NCBI GenBank assembly: GCA_036881865.1
Contig: JBAJNM010000001.1
Location: 22,847-86,846 of the forward strand
From: Parvularculales bacterium
GTDB taxonomy: Bacteria; Pseudomonadota; Alphaproteobacteria; JAPOUT01; JBAJNM01
DNA: 64,000 nt
Direction of reading: 5' to 3'
The notes under the pieces are model-generated. The model saw nothing but the letters and a program-made list of their open reading frames with translations. It had not been told where the DNA came from and did not search any database. A program made the position numbers and the translations under genes. This document shows positions 25,745-37,183 of this stretch, piece by piece; the first letter of the stretch is position 1; the number at the start of each line of letters is the position of its first letter.

Positions 25745-26491
25745 ATGGTTTTATTTCCCGCTATTGACTTGAAGGACGGGGCCTGTGTACGGCTTAAGCA
25801 AGGCGACATGGCACAGGCAACGGTATTTAATGATGCACCGGCCAAACAGGCTCAGGCGTTTGAGGGGCTGGGGTTTTCGTGGTTGCATGTTGTAGATCTT
25901 AACGGGGCCTTTGTAGGGCGGCCTGTTAATGATGCCGCCGTTGACGCTATCCTCGGAGGTTGTTCTTTGCCGGTTCAGTTGGGTGGAGGCATACGGGATA
26001 GAAAAACCATTGATATGTGGCTTGAAAAAGGCGTGCAACGTGTTGTTATCGGTACCAGTGCGGTGCGGGATCCGGTTTTGGTGCGGGAGGCAGCTCGTGA
26101 TTGGGAGGGTCGCATCGCGGTAGCGCTGGATGCCCGAGAAGGGCGTGTAGCGGTTGACGGATGGGTCAATGCCAGCGACCTTTCTGCCACAGAGATGGCG
26201 TTGCGGTTTGAGGACGCGAAAGTAGCGGCCATCATTCACACAGATATTGACCGCGATGGGGTTCTCACCGGCTTAAACATTGAGGCTCATGTTGCACTGT
26301 CAAAAACGGTTACCGTTCCTGTGATTGCCTCGGGAGGTCTGGCGGGCATGGGCGATCTTAAAGCGCTTAAAACAGCCAACGCTGAAGGCATTGTTGGTGT
26401 TATTGCCGGACGCGCCCTCTATGACGGACGGCTTGATGCCCGTGAAGCGCTGGCGTTTTTAGCTATCAATGAAGGCCAAACGCCATGTTGA
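25745..26491 (+). CDS. hisA: 1-(5-phosphoribosyl)-5-[(5-phosphoribosylamino)methylideneamino]imidazole-4-carboxamide isomerase HisA
   Basis: [17 protein letters not shown] start. The track ORF begins at 25637 inside hisH, so the start is trimmed to the internal Met. Confidence 0.9.
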   Translation: MVLFPAIDLKDGACVRLKQGDMAQATVFNDAPAKQAQAFEGLGFSWLHVVDLNGAFVGRPVNDAAVDAILGGCSLPVQLGGGIRDRKTIDMWLEKGVQRVVIGTSAVRDPVLVREAARDWEGRIAVALDAREGRVAVDGWVNASDLSATEMALRFEDAKVAAIIHTDIDRDGVLTGLNIEAHVALSKTVTVPVIASGGLAGMGDLKALKTANAEGIVGVIAGRALYDGRLDAREALAFLAINEGQTPC

Positions 26492-27261
26492 AAGCGCGGC
26501 TTATTCCCTGCCTTGATGTAAAACAGGGGCGGATAGTCAAGGGTGTACGGTTTGTCGATTTGCGCGATGCGGGAGACCCGGTGGCTGCCGCCATGGCTTA
26601 TGATGCTGCCGGTGCTGATGAATTGTGCTTTTTTGATATAACAGCGAGCCATGAAGAACGTGGTATTTTATTGGATGTGGTACACCGCACGGCAGAAGCT
26701 TGTTTTATGCCTTTGACGGTAGGTGGCGGTATACGCACCTTGGGTGATATTCGCGAACTTCTTCTAGCAGGCGCAGACAAAGTTTCTATTAACACAGCAG
26801 CTGTTGAAGATAAGTATTTTGTGCAGAGGGCGGCAGATAAGTTTGGCTCTCAATGTATTGTAGCTGCCATAGATGCCCGTCAAGATACACCCGGGCGTTG
26901 GATGGTTTACACCCATGGGGGCCGGCACCCAACAGGACTTGATGCTATTGCCCACGCCCGTAACCTAACAGATCTTGGGGCCGGGGAAATCTTGCTTACC
27001 TCAATGGATCGGGATGGCACGCGGGAGGGGTTTGATTTAGAGCTAACCCGTGCCGTATCAGACGCCGTCCCCACACCCATTATTGCCAGTGGTGGTGTAG
27101 GAACGTTGGATCACTTGGTAGCAGGCGTTCGGGAGGGGCGTGCCGAGGCTGTTTTGGCGGCTTCTATTTTTCACTTTGGTGAACACACCATAGCCGATGC
27201 CAAAAACCACATGGCACGAGCGGGGATTCCTGTGCGCTTGGCAGATATTTATCAGGCCTGA
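26485..27261 (+). CDS. hisF: imidazole glycerol phosphate synthase cyclase subunit HisF
   Basis: [16 protein letters not shown]...IASGGVG motifs. Confidence 0.93.
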   Translation: MLKARLIPCLDVKQGRIVKGVRFVDLRDAGDPVAAAMAYDAAGADELCFFDITASHEERGILLDVVHRTAEACFMPLTVGGGIRTLGDIRELLLAGADKVSINTAAVEDKYFVQRAADKFGSQCIVAAIDARQDTPGRWMVYTHGGRHPTGLDAIAHARNLTDLGAGEILLTSMDRDGTREGFDLELTRAVSDAVPTPIIASGGVGTLDHLVAGVREGRAEAVLAASIFHFGEHTIADAKNHMARAGIPVRLADIYQA

Positions 27262-27346
27262 TTGTGGTTATTATAGGCGGCGTGTGATAGGTTTGCCGCC
27301 TGTGCTTCCGTAAACTCAGGTTACACCACAAACAGGAGGGGAACCT

Positions 27347-27667
27347 ATGGTATCCGCCACTCATCTTGATGATCTTGAGCGCCTTGTACAATCACGCCAG
27401 AAGGCCTCCCCGGATACATCCTACACGGCCCAGCTGTTTGCAGAAGGTGTGCCTGTCTGCGCGCGTAAGTTTGGCGAAGAAGCTGTAGAAACTATTATCG
27501 CCGCTACTACCGGCAGCACTGATGAGTTGGTGCGCGAATCGGCCGACCTGCTCTATCACTGGATCGTTTTACTGGCAGCAAGGGGGGTAAGTGCTGATAG
27601 GGTCTATGATGAACTGGCAAGACGGGCGGGCACATCTGGCCTTGATGAAAAATCCACCCGCCGTTAA
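27347..27667 (+). CDS. hisE: phosphoribosyl-ATP pyrophosphatase HisE
   Basis: 106 aa MazG-like HisE fold (TSYTAQLF...EEAVETIIAA). Confidence 0.88.
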   Translation: MVSATHLDDLERLVQSRQKASPDTSYTAQLFAEGVPVCARKFGEEAVETIIAATTGSTDELVRESADLLYHWIVLLAARGVSADRVYDELARRAGTSGLDEKSTRR

Positions 27668-27677
27668 TCGCTGAGAT

Positions 27678-28661
27678 TTGAAGTTCATGTCTAACAGCCA
27701 ACAAAAACTGGCATTACCCGAGGTGGGGAAACCCCTTACCTATCGCCGCTTTTCAGCTAGGGAGTGGGGGGCGTTACGAGCCGAAACTCCGCTTCCCCTC
27801 TCAGAAGACGAGCTAGCCCAACTCCGCGGACGCGGCGAAACCATTTCGCTCAGCGAAGTAGAACAAATTTATCTACCCCTCTCGCGATTACTCAATCTTT
27901 ATATAGCTGCTACCCAAACCTTATATGAAAGCGAGCGAGAGTTTCTTGGAACCAGTCACGCTAAAACGCCTTATATTGTCGGCCTTGCAGGTAGTGTGGC
28001 GGTTGGCAAAAGCACAACCGCACGCATATTACGCACTCTTTTGGCACGCTGGCCCAACCACCCCAGAGTAAACCTTGTTACAACAGATGGATTTCTTTAT
28101 CCCAATGCAGTGCTGGAACGCCGTGGATTAATGAGCCGGAAGGGATTTCCAGAAAGTTTTGATGTATCCGCTCTCATTGATTTTTTATCAGACGTAAAAT
28201 CCGGCCTATCAGGTGTTAGCGTCCCAGTTTACTCTCACGCCTCTTATGACATTGTGCCAGACGAAACGCTCACCATTGACCAATCCGATATTTTGATCGT
28301 TGAGGGGCTTAACGTTCTTCAAACATCTCGCCACGGACAAAGCTATGACATACAACCCTACGTTTCTGACTTTTTTGACTTTTCTGTTTTTCTGGATGCC
28401 GATGAAGAAATTATCCGGCACTGGTATATTGATCGTTTTCTAGAGTTGAGACGCACAGCCTTTCGTGATCCTAATGCTTACTTTCACCGATACGCTGCCC
28501 TCAATGATGATGAAACCAAAGAGGTCGCCAACGACATATGGACAAGTATAAATTTGGTGAACTTACAACGCAACATTCTACCAACCCGTGCGCGGGCTGA
28601 TTTAGTGTTGCGCAAAAGCGCCGACCATGCCATCAATGAAGTATGGCTCCGCAAACTATAG
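27678..28661 (+). CDS. coaA: type I pantothenate kinase
   Basis: P-loop [17 protein letters not shown] and conserved CoaA regions. hisE-coaA adjacency is typical of Rhizobiales. Confidence 0.9.
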   Translation: MKFMSNSQQKLALPEVGKPLTYRRFSAREWGALRAETPLPLSEDELAQLRGRGETISLSEVEQIYLPLSRLLNLYIAATQTLYESEREFLGTSHAKTPYIVGLAGSVAVGKSTTARILRTLLARWPNHPRVNLVTTDGFLYPNAVLERRGLMSRKGFPESFDVSALIDFLSDVKSGLSGVSVPVYSHASYDIVPDETLTIDQSDILIVEGLNVLQTSRHGQSYDIQPYVSDFFDFSVFLDADEEIIRHWYIDRFLELRRTAFRDPNAYFHRYAALNDDETKEVANDIWTSINLVNLQRNILPTRARADLVLRKSADHAINEVWLRKL

Positions 28662-28670
28662 AGGTATTTA

Positions 28671-29744
28671 TTAGGTAGGCGCTTTGGCAGAATCCTCCGC
28701 AAGATCCGCAAGGGAGGTATGAGGTCGCGCTCCATAATGACTAATCGCTTCTGCCGCCGCCAACGAGCCAAGCCAGCCGCACGAAGGCATATCATCTCCC
28801 CTTACAAACCCATAAAGAAACCCCGCTGCATAAAGGTCGCCCGCACCAGTGGTATCAACTAAGTGGTCAGTAGGATGGGTCTCAACAGGATAGACCTCTC
28901 CCTCCCGAACAATCACAGACCCCCACTCAGAACGGGTTATCACCATAGTGCAATGCTCCTCGCGTGCGGCATGTAGGGCCTTGTCAAAATTATCAACTTC
29001 ATACAAAGCCATCACTTCAACTTCATTGCCAAACATAATATCTGCTCCTTGCTTGAGAAGATTAAGAAAATCTGAGCGGTGGCGATCAACACAAAAAACA
29101 TCAGACAAACAAAAAGCCACAAGCCCCCCCGCCTGATACACAATTTTTTGAGCCTCACGAAACGCTAGCTGCGCACCAGCTATATCCCATAAATATCCCT
29201 CCATACAAAGCACCGCCGCCTGGCTCACTAAATCTTCGGATATGTCCTGCGGCATCAATCCAACGCTAGCCCCAAGATACGTGCTCATACTGCGTTGTGC
29301 ATCTTGCGTTACCAACACAAGACACCGTGCGGTAGCGGCCCCATCACTTGCCGGTAGGGTTTCAAAGTGTACACCTTGTGCGCGAATATCATGAGTAAAG
29401 ACCGTTCCCAGCTGATCATCACGTACTTTGCCAATAAAAGCTGCCCGCCCCCCAAAAGATGCTAACCCCGACACCATATTAGCTACACTCCCGCCAGACA
29501 TTTCCATCGCAGGTCCCATACGGGAATACAATACGTCAGCTTTGTTTTCATCAATCAGAGTCATGGTTCCTTTTACAATATTCTCACGTTCTAAAAACTC
29601 ATCGTCCGCCTCGGCGATAATATCCACAATAGCGTTACCAATCGCCACAACATCAAATGCTTTTTCTCTCATTATACTCCTGTTTTTTGGCGTTTTTCTG
29701 TAGGCCTGTTCCATCATAATATAAACATCTTTTACCAACTCCAA
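28671..29744 (-). CDS. PfkB-family carbohydrate/adenosine kinase
   Basis: DVVAIGNAIVDII N-motif and DTTGAGD C-motif. The start is probably the internal MREKAF (about 29672). Confidence 0.8.
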   Translation of the reverse strand: MELVKDVYIMMEQAYRKTPKNRSIMREKAFDVVAIGNAIVDIIAEADDEFLERENIVKGTMTLIDENKADVLYSRMGPAMEMSGGSVANMVSGLASFGGRAAFIGKVRDDQLGTVFTHDIRAQGVHFETLPASDGAATARCLVLVTQDAQRSMSTYLGASVGLMPQDISEDLVSQAAVLCMEGYLWDIAGAQLAFREAQKIVYQAGGLVAFCLSDVFCVDRHRSDFLNLLKQGADIMFGNEVEVMALYEVDNFDKALHAAREEHCTMVITRSEWGSVIVREGEVYPVETHPTDHLVDTTGAGDLYAAGFLYGFVRGDDMPSCGWLGSLAAAEAISHYGARPHTSLADLAEDSAKAPT

Positions 29745-29949
29745 AAATCAGCCATGGTAATTTTATTTCGTAGCGTTTTATTCTCTTCCCTGACGCTAAC
29801 AACCACACACACGATTCCCTTAAACGAGGCGAATTGTTTGCAGTACAGCCATCGTGGACAGGTTTTTGTGACAGGCTTTATCATTACCTTATCATACTCG
29901 TACCCGTTCTTAATGTCATAACACCTCAGCGCTCTACATAGCTGCGTCA

Positions 29950-30606
29950 TTATTTGGTAGCGGTTGTTTTACCCTCCCAACCACAAATGTTATGAACGAC
30001 ACACTCATCACAACGAGGCTTACGTGCCGTACACACATAACGGCCATGAAGAATAAGCCAGTGATGGGCATGGAGGCGATATTTTTTCGGTACACATTTA
30101 TCCAGTGCATTTTCCACCTCAAGAGGCGTTTTGCCGGGAGCAAGACCTGTACGATTGCTCACCCTAAAGACATGAGTATCAACCGCCATGGTGGGTAATC
30201 CAAAAGCGATGTTCAGCACCACGTTGGCAGTCTTACGTCCAACGCCCGGCAGGGCTTCCAAGGCTTCTCTATCGGATGGCACACCCCCATCGTGCTTATC
30301 AAGAAGTTGGCGAGACAAAGCAATTACATTTTTGGCCTTGTTACGATAAAGACCGATGGTCTTGATATAATCCTGCAAACGCGCTTCGCCGAGACGCACC
30401 ATTTTGTCAGGTGTTGTAACAGACTTAAACAATTTTTCCGTTGCTTTATTGACGCCTTTATCAGTCGCTTGCGCTGATAAGACTACCGCGACTAAAAGTG
30501 TGTAGGGGTTGACGTGATCCAACTCACCGGTGGGCTTCGGGCGCTGTTCCTCCAGACGCTTAAAAAATGTGCCTATTTTACGGGCCTCCATTTTGTTATT
30601 CTCCAT
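29950..30606 (-). CDS. nth: endonuclease III
   Basis: HhH-GPD domain and a C-terminal 4Fe-4S cluster (C-x6-C-x2-C-x5-C). Confidence 0.93.
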   Translation of the reverse strand: MENNKMEARKIGTFFKRLEEQRPKPTGELDHVNPYTLLVAVVLSAQATDKGVNKATEKLFKSVTTPDKMVRLGEARLQDYIKTIGLYRNKAKNVIALSRQLLDKHDGGVPSDREALEALPGVGRKTANVVLNIAFGLPTMAVDTHVFRVSNRTGLAPGKTPLEVENALDKCVPKKYRLHAHHWLILHGRYVCTARKPRCDECVVHNICGWEGKTTATK

Positions 30607-30766
30607 ATCTTTTTCTCCCCCGTTTTCCTCTGCTACTCTGGGTTACTTATAACAAGAAACGGGTGGCGGGAGGCGACTCTCATCCAATAAAGTGCTCCAA
30701 GTTGATAGTTCGTAGTGAAATATTTGCTGGAATCCCCATAAGTCCAATTTCGGAGTTTATGTTACC

Positions 30767-31624
30767 ATGCCGCTTTCCTCTTCCATACTCCCTTCCCCCA
30801 CCTCCCAAGACTATGACCGCATCGCCAGTGCCATAGAGTATATTCAGGCCCATTATCGCGATCAGCCTTCTCTTGATGATATTGCTACCCACATTGGCTT
30901 AAGCCCTCATCATTTTCAGAAATTGTTTTCACGCTGGGCGGGTATTAGCCCAAAGGCCTTTGTTCAATCTTTAACCTTGAATCACGCTCAGCGTTTGCTT
31001 CGGGATACGGCGTCGATTTTGGAAGCCTCCCTTGAGTCTGGGCTTTCCGGACCCGGGCGGCTACATGATTTATTTATCACCCATGAGGCTATGACCCCTG
31101 GGGATTGGAAATCCCATGGGTATGGTCTTGAGATGTTTTATGGGTTTCACCACAGCCCCTTTGGGGCGTGTCTTTTGATGGCCACAGAGCGAGGGCTTGC
31201 CGGGGTAGCCTTTGCAGATAACACAAAAGTGTCGCATACAGCCACCCTTGAGGATATGACCCGCCGTTGGCCACGGGCGCGGTTTATAGAAAATCCATCA
31301 AAAGTTGCACCCTATGCAGATAGGCTTTTTTTTACACCAACCGACAAAACACCGCTTCATCTGATTTTAATAGGCACAGATTTTCAAATTCAGGTCTGGC
31401 GAGCCTTGCTTGCCATTCCCCGTGGTGTCCTAGCCACCTATACCGATGTTGCCCGCACAGCCGGAGCCGGGAAAGCCGCCCGCGCTGTTGGTAGTGCTGT
31501 AGGCCGCAACCCCTTGTCTTATGTTGTGCCTTGTCATCGGGTTGTACGCCGCGATGGTGAATTGGGCGGATATCATTGGGGTTTGGTGCGCAAGCGCGCA
31601 CTCTTAGCTTTTGAAACCGCGTAG
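30767..31624 (+). CDS. AraC-type HTH fused to methylated-DNA-protein-cysteine methyltransferase (Ada-like)
   Basis: N-terminal AraC HTH (YIQAHYRDQPSLDDIATHIGLSPHHFQKLF). C-terminal MGMT with the PCHRV active site. No N-terminal Zn methylphosphotriester-repair domain. Confidence 0.85.
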   Translation: MPLSSSILPSPTSQDYDRIASAIEYIQAHYRDQPSLDDIATHIGLSPHHFQKLFSRWAGISPKAFVQSLTLNHAQRLLRDTASILEASLESGLSGPGRLHDLFITHEAMTPGDWKSHGYGLEMFYGFHHSPFGACLLMATERGLAGVAFADNTKVSHTATLEDMTRRWPRARFIENPSKVAPYADRLFFTPTDKTPLHLILIGTDFQIQVWRALLAIPRGVLATYTDVARTAGAGKAARAVGSAVGRNPLSYVVPCHRVVRRDGELGGYHWGLVRKRALLAFETA

Positions 31625-31644
31625 CGGAACTAGCTTGGGGGTTT

Positions 31645-32286
31645 TTAAATTTTCAGGACCTCTTTGCTGGTAACAACACCAGTTGCCCCTACCCTATAAA
31701 TATAAGGCTCACCAGTACCTATATTAAGAGAAAGCACCTGATCAGAGGTCATACCCTCCAAACTCATAGACAACGCCCGCAAACTATTTCCGTGAGCGGT
31801 TACGAGTACCGTTTCTCCAGCCTCAATCCGTGGCGCAATGGCCTCTTTATAGTAAGGCAGAACACGAGCGGCGGTATCTTTTAAACTCTCACCACCAGGT
31901 GGGGGGATGTCATAACTACGCCGCCAGATATGAATCTGCTCCTTTCCCCAGCGTTTGCGGGCAGCATCTTTGTTAAGACCCGACAATTCGCCATAATCCC
32001 GTTCATTCAAAGATGCATCCACCACCACAGACTTGTCAGTCTGACCTAACACCTCAAGAATAATCCGATTGGTGTGTTGAGCGCGCCTCAATGCCGAGGT
32101 GAACACCCAATCAAAAACAAACCCTAGTTCCTTAAGAGCATAACCCGCTTGTCGAGCTTCCTCTTTACCTAGTGCTGTTAGATCTGGATCACACCAACCA
32201 GTAAACAGATTTTGCTCATTCCATTCGCTTTGTCCATGGCGGACCAAAACAAGACATCCACTATTCTCTGCATTTTTGGTGCTCAT
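31645..32286 (-). CDS. gpmA: 2,3-bisphosphoglycerate-dependent phosphoglycerate mutase
   Basis: [12 protein letters not shown] histidine phosphatase motif. Confidence 0.9.
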   Translation of the reverse strand: MSTKNAENSGCLVLVRHGQSEWNEQNLFTGWCDPDLTALGKEEARQAGYALKELGFVFDWVFTSALRRAQHTNRIILEVLGQTDKSVVVDASLNERDYGELSGLNKDAARKRWGKEQIHIWRRSYDIPPPGGESLKDTAARVLPYYKEAIAPRIEAGETVLVTAHGNSLRALSMSLEGMTSDQVLSLNIGTGEPYIYRVGATGVVTSKEVLKI

Positions 32287-33149
32287 CCCCTACCATCCCG
32301 ATCAGATAAATTCAGAACATCCTCCATGGTATAAAGACCCGGAGAGCGTCCCCTTCCCCATAAACAGGCCGCCACCGCACCACGCGCAAAAATACTTCGG
32401 TCTTCCGCTACATGTGCTAACCGAAGGTGCTCTTTTTCTGTAGCAAAAATAACGTCATGGTTTCCTGTTACACTACCTCCCCGAAGCACAGAAAAACCAA
32501 TACCCCCCTCAGGACGCAGGCCGGGTTGCCCATCACGACCACGCAATACAACCTCCTCAAAAGAAACCCCTCGACCCGTAGCAGCAGCCTCCCCTAAAAG
32601 AAGTGCTGTGCCAGAAGGCGCATCCACCTTGTGGCGATGGTGAAATTCTGTAATTTCAATATCCCATGCCTCTCCCAATACCCCCGCTGCATGACGCACT
32701 AACCCCGCCAATAGCGTTATCCCAAGGCTCATATTTCCAGATTTAACAATCACTCCATGGTGAGCGGCAGCCCTGATACGCTCCTCATCAGCACCTGCAA
32801 ACCCTGTTGTGCCTACAACACAAACAATGCGTGCTTGTGCTGCCAACGCTACCGACCTAAGACTCGTCTCGGGCGTAGAAAAATCAATAATGCCATCTAC
32901 CTCTGCTACAACCGGTGCGGGATCATCCGTAACCACAGCTCCCACAGGAGCGAGACCTGCCTGTACACCGATATCTTCTCCGAGAACTTTTGACCCAGCT
33001 GATTCAAATCCTCCGCTTATGACGACGCCCGGTGTTTCTGCTAGTTGCCGGATTACAGCCTGCCCCATGCGCCCAGCGCATCCTGCTATTGCAATTTTCA
33101 TATCACTCATATCTATTTCGCACTTCTTAACCGCACTTTTGATCGCCAT
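32283..33149 (-). CDS. dapB: 4-hydroxy-tetrahydrodipicolinate reductase
   Basis: [16 protein letters not shown]-binding N-terminus and the [18 protein letters not shown] motif. The start is probably internal (about 33101). Confidence 0.9.
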   Translation of the reverse strand: MAIKSAVKKCEIDMSDMKIAIAGCAGRMGQAVIRQLAETPGVVISGGFESAGSKVLGEDIGVQAGLAPVGAVVTDDPAPVVAEVDGIIDFSTPETSLRSVALAAQARIVCVVGTTGFAGADEERIRAAAHHGVIVKSGNMSLGITLLAGLVRHAAGVLGEAWDIEITEFHHRHKVDAPSGTALLLGEAAATGRGVSFEEVVLRGRDGQPGLRPEGGIGFSVLRGGSVTGNHDVIFATEKEHLRLAHVAEDRSIFARGAVAACLWGRGRSPGLYTMEDVLNLSDRDGRG

Positions 33150-33208
33150 GTGATATTATGAATCATATCACAGTATTTTAGAAAAAATCTGCTAACGACA
33201 GAATCGGA

Positions 33209-34342
33209 TTATTGTACTGGAAGCAAAATAGCAAGACGACCCGGCGCACTCATTTTACCCGCCCTGAATGCGGCCTCATCGCCGAATCCGAAAAATATAT
33301 CGCCCCGCACAACACCCCGAATAGCAGAGCCAGTATCTTGGGCTACCATAAGCCGCCGCCAAAGATGCTGGCCACCACCCGGTACGGAAACTTGGGTTTC
33401 CACCCACAACGGCACGCCTAAAGAAAACACAGATTGATCAACCGCCAAAGAGCGCTCTGGAATTAGCGGAACTCCCGCCGCCCCTACCGGACCGGTATCA
33501 TCGGGCTTGAGGGCTTCCGGACGGAAGAAAATATATGCCTCGTTTTCCGCCATAACTGATGCTGCTTTATCGGGGTGCGCTTTAAGCCATGCACGGATGG
33601 ATTGCATTGAGACCTTTTCTTTTTCAAGGGCACCACGGGCTACCAGAACCCGTCCGATGGGGGTATAAGGCCGCCCGGTCTTGCCCTCAAAAGCTACCCG
33701 TATCTCCTCTCCTCCCTCAAGGCGCACCCGACCAGAGCCTTGAATGTGTAAAAAAAAGGCTGCCACCGGGTCATCCACCCACACAAAAGCTAAATCACGA
33801 ACCTCCGGTGCTTGTGCCGCTATAGCTTCTTCGATAATGGTACGGGCAGGCCAGACCCGTGTATTAAGATCTGGTGGGCGGCGCAATAAAGGGGTTTGAT
33901 AAGTTCCACCTTGACTATAGGAACCATTAAGTATGGGTTCGTAATAGCCTGTAAAAAGACTGGTGGTCTGAGAAGGCGACATAATAAAATGCGGCTGAAA
34001 ATAATCTTCAAAAAAGCGTTGCGCCGCCTTATCATTATACCCCGCAGATTTTATAGCACGAGCGGCCCTACAACTGTTGCCCCAGATTTCTTCCGGCAAC
34101 AATAAACAAGAACGCTTATACGCTTTAAGGGCTTGTATATGATTATCACCGTGCCATGCCTCTAGATCTTCAAAAGATGCGGGCTCTAAAGTATATCCAT
34201 CCGGAAAAGAAAGGGGTGTTTCGTAGTATCTCCAGTCTGCGTATGCCATATTTAATGCATCCTGCCACCCTGCATCACACGCCGCTAGCACAAGCGCTAA
34301 GGTTAGCATACACAATCTGAAGGCACACCCACCATATAACAT
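33209..34342 (-). CDS. mltA: membrane-bound lytic murein transglycosylase A
   Basis: Lipoprotein signal (LAAC). MltA and 3D domain similarity. Confidence 0.82.
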   Translation of the reverse strand: MLYGGCAFRLCMLTLALVLAACDAGWQDALNMAYADWRYYETPLSFPDGYTLEPASFEDLEAWHGDNHIQALKAYKRSCLLLPEEIWGNSCRAARAIKSAGYNDKAAQRFFEDYFQPHFIMSPSQTTSLFTGYYEPILNGSYSQGGTYQTPLLRRPPDLNTRVWPARTIIEEAIAAQAPEVRDLAFVWVDDPVAAFFLHIQGSGRVRLEGGEEIRVAFEGKTGRPYTPIGRVLVARGALEKEKVSMQSIRAWLKAHPDKAASVMAENEAYIFFRPEALKPDDTGPVGAAGVPLIPERSLAVDQSVFSLGVPLWVETQVSVPGGGQHLWRRLMVAQDTGSAIRGVVRGDIFFGFGDEAAFRAGKMSAPGRLAILLPVQ

Positions 34343-34351
34343 TAAGAAAAA

Positions 34352-35071
34352 TTAATGGGCAGCACTAGTAGCTACTAATTTCCAGTTTGGATTGCGAGAG
34401 TTCACACTGCGCTCAAAGGTCCACACATCAATGGCCTCACGAACAGAGATGGCATCGCCTTCAATAACCCGCCCCTCGCCATCTTTCACACATGACGTCA
34501 TCTCGCTGACAAACTTAACAGTTACCTGCGCTTTTTCTTGAATAATAACGGCTTTCACAATATCGGCGCTTTTTAAGCCTACAAAACTATACTCAACACT
34601 CTCTACACGCTCCTCACGTTGCGTTATAATGGAATCAAAGCTTTCAAAAACCTGCGCCGACAAAAGACCACGCAACGTTTCTCTGTCCCCACGGGGAAAC
34701 GCATTAACGATGAGTTCGTGCGCTGCCTGCGCACCTGATAAAAACCCTTCAGGAGTAAACTCACTGTCCACTTCACTAATATCAACAAGTCCCTGAGAGG
34801 CCGAGCCCCAATCGCTTTTATCTCTTGCCCCCCATTGATGGGCACCCTCAGCGGAGCTGACACTTTCGGTAGAGCTTTTATCCGCCCCTGTCTTGACATC
34901 AACACCAACCTTAGCGTCAACAGAAGTATCCCTACCTGTAAAGTGGTCTGTCTGAGGTCGGCGCTCATGGCCAGTCCTACGCCCTAAAACACTACGTAAC
35001 TTCAGGAAAACAACAACCGCTAAAACCAGAAAAACGATATTGACAAGGTCAAATACATTTTCCATGGGCAA
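34352..35071 (-). CDS. Tim44-like domain protein
   Basis: N-terminal TM helix and a C-terminal Tim44-like fold. Conserved neighbour of mltA in Rhizobiales. Confidence 0.75.
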   Translation of the reverse strand: MPMENVFDLVNIVFLVLAVVVFLKLRSVLGRRTGHERRPQTDHFTGRDTSVDAKVGVDVKTGADKSSTESVSSAEGAHQWGARDKSDWGSASQGLVDISEVDSEFTPEGFLSGAQAAHELIVNAFPRGDRETLRGLLSAQVFESFDSIITQREERVESVEYSFVGLKSADIVKAVIIQEKAQVTVKFVSEMTSCVKDGEGRVIEGDAISVREAIDVWTFERSVNSRNPNWKLVATSAAH

Positions 35072-35303
35072 CGCTTTCTATTATGGTGAAGTTGGCTAAC
35101 ATAAAGACCACTCTACGCTTCTTTGACAAACAGAGTAAATAGAAAACAGGCTACACAAGGATAATCCCTACCTCTATCGTAGCCGAACTTGTAGCTGGCC
35201 TTGTAAAACAACCTATTATACATCATATTTTCACTGTATTTCCATTAGGGTTTTGCTGTGATGCTTAAATTATGAACAGAGCCGCCTTACAATGCCCTAA
35301 AAC

Positions 35304-35831
35304 TTGAGAAAAGGCTATATTTTGCGCAGGTTTGTTCTTCCGCTTGTCATAGCATTCCCGTTTATTGAGATTGCCCTGTTTATTGAAGTAGGCAGCCTTA
35401 TAGGCGTAGGCGCTACACTGTTTCTGGTGATTTTATCAACAATGCTGGGCTTTAGCTTACTGCGCTATCACGGTTATATTACCTTTGCCCACCTACGGGC
35501 AGTACAGAATACTGATGAAAGCCCCGCAACCGGCTTTCTTAAAAAAGCCCTTGGCACCGCTAGCGCTATTCTTTTAATAATCCCCGGGTTTCTAACCGAT
35601 GCTCTTGGGCTTTTACTCTTAGTGCCTATGTTACGGGAAACCATAGCCCGCCACATATTGACCTCCTCTATAGTTCAAAGCCGCTCTCCCCCAGGAACAC
35701 AAAGACCAGAAAAATCAGGGGGATTTGTGATTGATGCCGAAGACTGGCATGAAATCTCCACCCCTAATTCTGCTCAATCCCGTGACGATGGCAACAGCCA
35801 AAACGGATCGTCTTCTCCATGGCAACCCTAA
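35304..35831 (+). CDS. fxsA: FxsA family membrane protein
   Basis: PFIEIALFIEVGSLIGV and PGFLTDALGLLLLVP segments. Confidence 0.75.
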   Translation: MRKGYILRRFVLPLVIAFPFIEIALFIEVGSLIGVGATLFLVILSTMLGFSLLRYHGYITFAHLRAVQNTDESPATGFLKKALGTASAILLIIPGFLTDALGLLLLVPMLRETIARHILTSSIVQSRSPPGTQRPEKSGGFVIDAEDWHEISTPNSAQSRDDGNSQNGSSSPWQP

Positions 35832-35867
35832 ACCCCAACAAAAAGTCATAGAAATAGAGAGGCGCTT

Positions 35868-36419
35868 ATGTCTGACGCTCCCCCTGAAGGACAACAAAAT
35901 CAATCCCCCGCCAAAAAGCAAGAAAATCTGCACCCTGCGACACAGATGCGTATCCTATCGCAATATGTGCGGGATTTATCTTTTGAAAATCCGGATGCGC
36001 CACATAATTTGACAGATTTCTCAAACAAAGACCCAAAAATCGACGTCCAAATTAATGTCAATGGGAGGCGCTTAGCTGAAACCGATTACACCATAGACTT
36101 AAAAATAGAAGTTACTGCCAAATCCGGTGACTCAAGCAAAGGGACTAATACATTCTTTATGGTGGAACTTGTTTATGGCGGCCTATTCAGGCTCATTAAT
36201 GTTCCGGAAGACGCTCTTCAACAGGTTATTATGGTGGAGTGTCCTAGGCATTTGTTTCCCTATGCCAGACGAGTTCTAGCAGATGCCGTTCGGGATGGTG
36301 GCTTTCCCCCTGTTATGTTAGACCCTGTGGATTTTGGACAATTATATGCTTCCCGCGTCAAGCATGACACAGTAAACACACCGGAGCCTTCACACATTAA
36401 CGGATCGGGAACAGTATAA
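35868..36419 (+). CDS. secB: protein-export chaperone SecB
   Basis: Full-length SecB similarity. Confidence 0.92.
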   Translation: MSDAPPEGQQNQSPAKKQENLHPATQMRILSQYVRDLSFENPDAPHNLTDFSNKDPKIDVQINVNGRRLAETDYTIDLKIEVTAKSGDSSKGTNTFFMVELVYGGLFRLINVPEDALQQVIMVECPRHLFPYARRVLADAVRDGGFPPVMLDPVDFGQLYASRVKHDTVNTPEPSHINGSGTV

Positions 36420-36434
36420 TAACTCCTTTAAGAA

Positions 36435-37172
36435 TTACCCGTCGCTAGAGAGACGCTTCCAGAGTGGAACAATGCCATCTGCAGCATCACGGGCTAGGCT
36501 TTCAACAAAAATATCATGAGATTTACGATCTTCATCGCTCAATCGTGGGGGCAACGGATGCAGCCGTGCCACACAGGCTGCCGTTGCAATACCACCATTT
36601 TGCCCACCATCGACCATTCCGCCGTCAGATGCCCCCATACTGACAAGCCCTAAATCCGGTTCACGACCTCCTAAAAGTTTCAGATAAACCTCGGCTAGAA
36701 GTTTAGCATCAAGTAAGGCGGAATGTTTTTCTCGCCCAGACAGGTCAATCTTAAAGCGCCTACATAGAGCATCCAGATTATTAGGACGACCTGGATATTT
36801 GCGTCGCGCTATCTCCAACGTATCAATGGCTCGATCTTCCGGAAACGGTGGCCAGTCAAGACGCTTAAGCTCCGCATTAAGAAAGCCCATATCAAAAGGC
36901 GCATTATGCATCACCAAAGGGGCTTCCCCTATAAACGATAAAAAATCCTCTACAATATCAGTAAAGACTGGTTGGTCAGCCAGAAACGTATCATCCAGAC
37001 CATGGACCTTCCAGGCGACCTCCGGCATGGCACGCTCCGGATTAACATAGGTATGATACTGTTCTCCCGTTGGCACATAATTGATTAATTCTATACAACC
37101 AATCTCAACAATGCGGTGATCTTCATCCACTTCAAGGCCGGTGGTCTCTGTATCCAGAACAATCTCTCTCAT
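36435..37172 (-). CDS. dnaQ: DNA polymerase III epsilon subunit (3'-5' exonuclease)
   Basis: LDTETTGL, HNAPFDMGFL and HSALLDA Exo motifs. Confidence 0.93.
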   Translation of the reverse strand: MREIVLDTETTGLEVDEDHRIVEIGCIELINYVPTGEQYHTYVNPERAMPEVAWKVHGLDDTFLADQPVFTDIVEDFLSFIGEAPLVMHNAPFDMGFLNAELKRLDWPPFPEDRAIDTLEIARRKYPGRPNNLDALCRRFKIDLSGREKHSALLDAKLLAEVYLKLLGGREPDLGLVSMGASDGGMVDGGQNGGIATAACVARLHPLPPRLSDEDRKSHDIFVESLARDAADGIVPLWKRLSSDG

Positions 37173-37183
37173 ATCTCTCTTTT

